Below are positions 15,470-20,000 of a stretch of 20,000 nt of DNA, one piece after another. The notes below the pieces were generated by a model, which searched no databases, was not told where the DNA came from, and saw nothing but the letters and a program-made list of their open reading frames with translations. Source of the stretch: an uncultured virus (IMG/VR IMGVR_UViG_2049941000_000100) (taxonomy: Duplodnaviria; Heunggongvirae; Uroviricota; Caudoviricetes); IMG/VR virus record IMGVR_UViG_2049941000_000100. One strand, 5' to 3'. The position numbers and the translations under genes were made by a program. Positions within the stretch are counted from its first letter, which is position 1. Each line of letters starts with the position of its first letter.

Positions 15470-16634
15470 GAGAGTGAGAGAGAAAGTAAAAACTTTATTC
15501 CTTTCAATTTACTTTCTCTCTCGAAGCTCAAAGCTTAATACAGGTAGATAAGCAAGCAAGGTGCGGCTATCTACACGGTCCCAACTCCGTAAAGGTTAGA
15601 GTGACAACTAATCGAAGTAGAGGGAGCTTAAAGAGCCAGAGCAACGGCTAGGCAAGATACCATTGGCCAAGGTTGAGCCTTATGACGACCGCCCAAATCC
15701 GAGGTAGCTACTCGGCTGAACATATCGGGAATAGAATTGTGGGTCCCGTCTAAATCTTTTAAGTAGAATGGAAAAAGTTTACTACTAGAATCCAGCTTCT
15801 CCATAGGAACTGCAATAGATTCCTTAAAGGATTGGAGTAAGTAGAGTAGATTACTAAGGAATCGGACTATGCACTTTAGTAGTTGAATTAGAATTAGTCG
15901 TAGTTAGGTATTAACTAGAGTTAGCCTTACTTCTATTGCTAAAATAACTTAGCGGCCCGCTCCGTCAATGCGGCGCGCCCTGTGCGATAAATAGGGTGAC
16001 TAGGGTTCAAATAGTAAACACCCGCGTTTTAAGTAGGGAATTAGCGTATAAGAAATAAACCTACCGCTTGCCCATGGCGAAGCACGGGCTGCGCAGGATG
16101 AAGGATGGCCTGTGAGTTTTAGAAACTTCGTATAATAAAGTTTCTCGTGAGCGTCGCCGCCTCACGTTAAAAAACCGACTAGAATAGGTGAGGGATGCCT
16201 ATNNNNNNNNNNTAGTAGGCAATTAACGTATAAGAAATAAACCTACCGCGTGCTCTTGGCGGAAGCAACGAGCTGCACAGGAGGAGGGATGGCCTGTGAG
16301 TTTTAGAAACTTTGTATAATAAAGTTTCTCGTGAGTGTCGCCGCCTCACGTTAAAAAACCGACTAGAATAGGTGAGGGATGCCTATTGACTTTCAAGGAT
16401 GTGGTACGCGTTAGTCCGAAGTTCAAGATGAACTTAGAGGCCGTTCTTCTTAGGACGACCTCAGATTATGGGTAAGTACTTCTATAAGGAATAGATAGTA
16501 TCTCGGAAGCTGGCCAGGGATGTGGCAATGTAAGTCTTCCCTCCAGGACTGCTGGATGACCCGAATAAGTTTGGGAAAGTTCTTTGATAAAAACTTTCTA
16601 CCTTTTAAGGACTTTGGGTTACATAAGTCCTTTT
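15470..16634 (+). ncRNA. Candidate ~1.1-kb structured ncRNA (or cluster of RNAs)
   Basis: Bounded by a promoter and a terminator-like hairpin, GC-richer than typical spacers, no long ORF in the track, many helices. Confidence 0.55.
16032..16386 (+). repeat. Imperfect tandem duplication of an ~170-nt structured unit
   Basis: Copies at 16032-16202 and 16214-16386, separated by a 10-N gap. Confidence 0.8.
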
Positions 16635-16720
16635 ATAATTGAATTAACCACCCTCCATCTCACTTTCCTTTCTTTTCCGGTCATTTACCTAACATATCGG
16701 TTAATTCAATTATAAAAGGA
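16628..16720. repeat. 22-bp perfect inverted repeat with a 49-nt pyrimidine-rich loop
   Basis: TCCTTTTATAATTGAATTAACC ... GGTTAATTCAATTATAAAAGGA. Confidence 0.85.
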
Positions 16721-16745
16721 TTTAGGAATCCTTTAAGGAGATTAT

Positions 16746-17933
16746 ATGGCAGGTACTATTTCAAGAGGCATTAAAGCCCCAATTATTCGAGAAGGCGACA
16801 ACATAGCAGAAATTGTAGTTAATTCGGTTTTGAAGGCTATGGAAGAAGATAATTTCCAGTTGCATGAAAGAGATATTATAGCAGTTACGGAATCCGTAGT
16901 TGCGCGCGCAGATGGAAATTATTGCACGGTAGACGATATAGCAAAAGATATAAGATTTAAGTTTGGAGATAACGCAACTATTGGAGTTTTATTTCCTATT
17001 CTTAGTCGAAATAGGTTTGCTATTTGTTTGAAGGGTATAGCGCGCGGCGCAAAAAAGGTAGTAGTTCAGCTATCGTGCCCTGCAGATGAGGTTGGTAATC
17101 ATCTTATAGATGAAGATTTATTTGAAAAGATGGTTCCAAATCCAACAGTTAATTTGTTCCATGAAGATACATTTGAGCAATTATTTGGTAAACCAGTTCA
17201 TCCTTTTACCGGCATAAATTATGTTGATTATTATAAGGAAATAATTGAGGCTGAGGGTGCCGAAGCGGAAATTATATTTGGTAATAGACCTACAGATATA
17301 ATTTGGTATGCGCCGGACGTCATTTGTTGTAGTATTCATAATAGGGATAGCGTCGTAGCAAAGCTTAAAGCAGGTGGCGCGCATAGGGCCCTTACTTTAT
17401 GCGATATTATGAATAACTCTCATTCTATGAATGGCGGCTGTAATGAGCAGTACGGTCTTTTAGGGAGTAATAAAGCGAGCGAAGAAAAGCTGAAGTTATT
17501 TCCTAGGAACGCGCAAGAAGTTGTCAATGAAATTCAAACTTTGTTTTGGATGAATACTGGAATAAAGATTGAAGCGATGGTCTATGGCGATGGCGCATTT
17601 AAAGACCCAGTTGGTAAGATTTGGGAACTTGCGGACCCCGTAGTAAGTCCTGCGTATACTAAAGGACTTGAGGGTTTACCGAATGAGGTTAAAATTAAGT
17701 ATCTGGCTGATAATGACTTTAAGGACCTTAATGGCGAAAAACTAAATGAAGCGATTCGCGCGAGTATACGTGAGAAAGATAAGGCTCTTAAAGGAAAAAT
17801 GGTTTCTGAAGGTACTACTCCGCGCCGATTAACGGATTTAATTGGGTCATTGTGTGACCTTACGAGCGGAAGCGGCGACAAGGGTACGCCCATAGTAGTA
17901 ATTCAAAACTATTTTAATAACTACGCCGATTAA
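16746..17933 (+). CDS. Coenzyme F420-0:gamma-glutamyl ligase (CofE)-like family protein, long Firmicutes type
   Basis: GTISRGIKAPIIREGD, AVTESVVARA, YGDGAFKDPVGKIWELADP, GTTPRRLTDLIGSLCDLTSGSGDKGTPIVVIQ; AAGGAG RBS; no TAG. Confidence 0.85.
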   Translation: MAGTISRGIKAPIIREGDNIAEIVVNSVLKAMEEDNFQLHERDIIAVTESVVARADGNYCTVDDIAKDIRFKFGDNATIGVLFPILSRNRFAICLKGIARGAKKVVVQLSCPADEVGNHLIDEDLFEKMVPNPTVNLFHEDTFEQLFGKPVHPFTGINYVDYYKEIIEAEGAEAEIIFGNRPTDIIWYAPDVICCSIHNRDSVVAKLKAGGAHRALTLCDIMNNSHSMNGGCNEQYGLLGSNKASEEKLKLFPRNAQEVVNEIQTLFWMNTGIKIEAMVYGDGAFKDPVGKIWELADPVVSPAYTKGLEGLPNEVKIKYLADNDFKDLNGEKLNEAIRASIREKDKALKGKMVSEGTTPRRLTDLIGSLCDLTSGSGDKGTPIVVIQNYFNNYAD

Positions 17934-17945
17934 TCGGCGTTATAT

Positions 17946-18036
17946 TGGGACATAGCTCAACAGGTTAGAGCCACGGCCTTATAAGCCGTAAGCCCTCACA
18001 AGGATTTTCCGAGTTCGACTCTCGGTGTCCCTACCA
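17946..18036 (+). tRNA. tRNA-Ile(TAT) with a long variable arm
   Basis: ACGGC-CT-TAT-AA-GCCGT; CCGAG-TTCGACT-CTCGG; A-CCA end. Confidence 0.85.
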
Positions 18037-18076
18037 GTTTATATCGCAGAGTAGAGCAACGATATACTAAAATTTT

Positions 18077-18150
18077 TAGACGCATACAGCAAATATAAGA
18101 TATAGACGAACATATTATTTTTTTCTTGTATCTTCAGCACTCGCGTCTAG
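18077..18150 (+). ncRNA. Y-like RNA, copy D
   Basis: TAGACGC-AT-ACAGCAAAT-[AAGATATAG/TTGTATCTT hairpin]-GCGTCTAG. Confidence 0.7.
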
Positions 18151-18160
18151 CAACTTATAC

Positions 18161-18250
18161 GGCAGCGTATCCTAATTGGTAAGGAGCCTGACTTGAAATC
18201 AGGTGATGGTCGGAAGGCCACTGCGCGTTCGAGTCGTGCCGCTGTCGCCA
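18161..18250 (+). tRNA. tRNA-Ser(TGA)
   Basis: CCTGA-CT-TGA-AA-TCAGG; long variable arm; G-CCA end. Confidence 0.93.
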
Positions 18251-18254
18251 TTAT

Positions 18255-18330
18255 GTCTCCGTAGCTCAGCAGGTAGAGCATCTGACTTTTAATCAGGTGG
18301 CCATGCGTTCAAGTCGCATCGGGGACACCA
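18255..18330 (+). tRNA. tRNA-Lys(TTT)
   Basis: TCTGA-CT-TTT-AA-TCAGG; A-CCA end. Confidence 0.95.
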
Positions 18331-18355
18331 GTTTATTCTAAGGAGAAATATAACT

Positions 18356-18490
18356 ATGACTAAGGAAATGGTACTGACTGGGCTTTATGCTCGGCGCAAT
18401 AAACTTTATAGGAATGGTCGTAACGTAAAGTCGCCGGGAGTTCTTAGGAAAATCGACCGAAAAATCCGACAGCTTCAAGCCGCAGAATAA
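18356..18490 (+). CDS. Small basic protein, 44 aa
   Basis: AAGGAG RBS; MTKEMVLTGLYARRNKLYRNGRNVKSPGVLRKIDRKIRQLQAAE. Confidence 0.7.
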   Translation: MTKEMVLTGLYARRNKLYRNGRNVKSPGVLRKIDRKIRQLQAAE

Positions 18491-18497
18491 AAACTAA

Positions 18498-18574
18498 TGC
18501 GGCGTAGCCAAGAGGTTGAAGGCATTGGACTTTGACTCCAATATTCGTAGGTCCGAATCCTACCGCCGCAGCCA
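18498..18574 (+). tRNA. tRNA-Gln(TTG)
   Basis: TGCGGCG/CGCCGCA-G-CCA; TTGGA-CT-TTG-AC-TCCAA. Confidence 0.93.
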
Positions 18575-18586
18575 TTTAAATTTATT

Positions 18587-18874
18587 ATGAAAGAAATAAA
18601 AGAATTTATAAAACGGCGTTTCCCACGAGATAATATATGGATGAATGGAAATTGCTATTGGTTCGCAAGAATATTAGTAGATAGATTTCCTTAGTTAGAT
18701 ATATACTATCTGCCTATACGTGGTCATTTTGTGGCGGGCGATGGAAAAATTTATTATGATTGGGTCGGCGCGCATACATAGTATAGTTTAGAAGAAGAAC
18801 CTATAAAATTATCGGTTATACGAACTATTGATCCTTTATGGTATGATAGGTTGGTTAGAGATTGTATTAATTAA
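18587..18874 (+). CDS. Hypothetical protein, 95 aa (2 TAG), possible Cys-His-Asp triad
   Basis: NGNCYWFARIL...RGHFVAG...YYDWVG; ends at TAA. Confidence 0.7.
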
Positions 18875-18883
18875 ATTAAATTA

Positions 18884-18955
18884 TAGGCTTGCGCAGCAAA
18901 TATAACTCACAGTGCATTTAGTTATTATTGTCCAGACTGTACGGACAGAGCCTTG
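18884..18955 (+). ncRNA. Y-like RNA, copy E
   Basis: TAGGCTT-GC-GCAGCAAAT-[two hairpins]-GAGCCTTG. Confidence 0.65.
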
Positions 18956-18974
18956 GGAATTTTAAAGTTTTATA

Positions 18975-19038
18975 TAAGACCCACCCAGCAAAGATTAAAA
19001 GAATTCTGTATTGGTAACTGAACTCATGAAGGGTCTTG
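18975..19038 (+). ncRNA. Y-like RNA, copy F
   Basis: TAAGACCC-AC-CCAGCAAA...GGGTCTTG. Confidence 0.65.
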
Positions 19039-19047
19039 AAAAGTTTA

Positions 19048-19150
19048 TAAGGCGCATCCAGCAAATTTTTATTGCAAATAGGTTAATAATTTCATTTCTG
19101 ATCGAAATTTAGCGGTTCAAGTCCGCATTATAAATTAATGCCGCGCCTTG
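19048..19150 (+). ncRNA. Y-like RNA, copy G (contains a T arm)
   Basis: TAAGGCGC-AT-CCAGCAAAT...GCGG-TTCAAGT-CCGC...GCGCCTTG. Confidence 0.7.
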
Positions 19151-19156
19151 GAAGTT

Positions 19157-19184
19157 TAGACTACGAAAGTAGTCTATTTTTTTT
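19157..19184 (+). terminator. Rho-independent terminator closing the RNA cluster
   Basis: TAGACTAC-GAAA-GTAGTCTA followed by a T8 run. Confidence 0.9.
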
Positions 19185-19355
19185 ATTTAAAAAATTTTAG
19201 AATTGGTACGAAAATTTTATAATGGGATTTATTTACTCCTACTTATATTTAGAAAATTAAATCCCAAGCACAGGTTCTACCCTTTTGCTTGTTATTATAT
19301 ACCATAGGGTGGCTCACAAGGCCGCCCTAATTTTTTAGGTATAGAGGAGAGTTAT

Positions 19356-20000
19356 ATGGCAGTAGGAGTTGGTAGTTTAGTAACTTTAGATGGCTTAATT
19401 GGCGTCCGAGACGAAAGCCAACAAATAATTTTAGATATTGAAAATCAAATACAATCATTAATAGGTAGTAATAATACTCTTGATGCTACTATTAAAAGAT
19501 TAGAAGATTATTTAGTTAGTACTTATAAACAAGAACAATATATAAAAAATATCTTTGGTGTTAATTCTATTTAGGAATTACAAGATAAGTTTTCTGATTT
19601 TTATGATAAATNNNNNNNNNNCTTTTGTCCGCCATACTGACAAAAGCAAAAAAGAATTTTATGATAAATTAACAAAAATTGAAAAACAAGTTAATGCTAT
19701 GGTCCCAAAAGTTGTAAATAGAAATTTAGGCTCAGAGGCTGGCCAAAAAGCAATTTTTGATGTCGCTTTAGCAATATTTAATACTGAATTTGGGACTGGG
19801 GCCCGTTTGGGGAAGCATGCTGTAAGATCTACAAAAGGTTTTAATTTTGATTTTGATAAAGGTTTTTTTACCATGATTGGTAGAGATTTAAGTGAAGTTG
19901 AAAAGAAAATAATTATAAATCATAAAATAGAAGATTTTAATATTAATTTTGAAGTAGAAGGTAATTCTGTATATAACACTTTTGATATTTATAATATTTT
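19356..20000 (+). CDS. Large hypothetical protein (partial, runs off the window)
   Basis: GAGGAG RBS; the frame continues past TAG 19572, and an open frame resumes after the 10-N gap. Confidence 0.7.

Noticed and set aside
18045..18062. CGCAGAGTAGAGCA resembles the 5' end of an initiator tRNA
   Set aside because: No remaining arms and no matching 3' half were found; at most a remnant.
18498..18574. Amber suppressor tRNA
   Set aside because: The anticodon is TTG (ordinary Gln), not CTA.
18884..19150. Possible CRISPR array
   Set aside because: The units share structure and a short motif rather than identical repeats, spacing is irregular, and no cas genes are present.

Overview
This is a fragment of a large, AT-rich dsDNA bacteriophage genome, probably infecting a gut or rumen Firmicute, with several assembly gaps. 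It uses a reassigned genetic code in which TAG reads as Gln (code 15), so the supplied ORF track truncates or misses many genes. From left to right it holds: the end of a + strand structural operon; a - strand operon (RNase H, a Vsr-like homing endonuclease, and a P-loop kinase interrupted by an in-frame TAA); a TAG-rich lysis cassette; a Ro60/TROVE-like (DUF2828-vWA) gene; and an ~11 kb RNA-dense region. That region carries 15 tRNA genes (two with short non-group-I inserts), a tRNA-linked HDV-like theta ribozyme, four GIY-YIG/HNH endonucleases, a CofE-like ligase and several unexplained structured RNAs. The most notable observation is a family of seven elements sharing a closing helix plus a single-stranded CAGCAAAU motif. 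Six lie in the tRNA cluster, and several of these enclose tRNA mimics, one circularly permuted like YrlA. The seventh lies in the 5' leader of the Ro60-like gene. This suggests a phage Ro-like protein / Y-like RNA system with autoregulation. All assignments were made by eye; no searches or folding programs were run.
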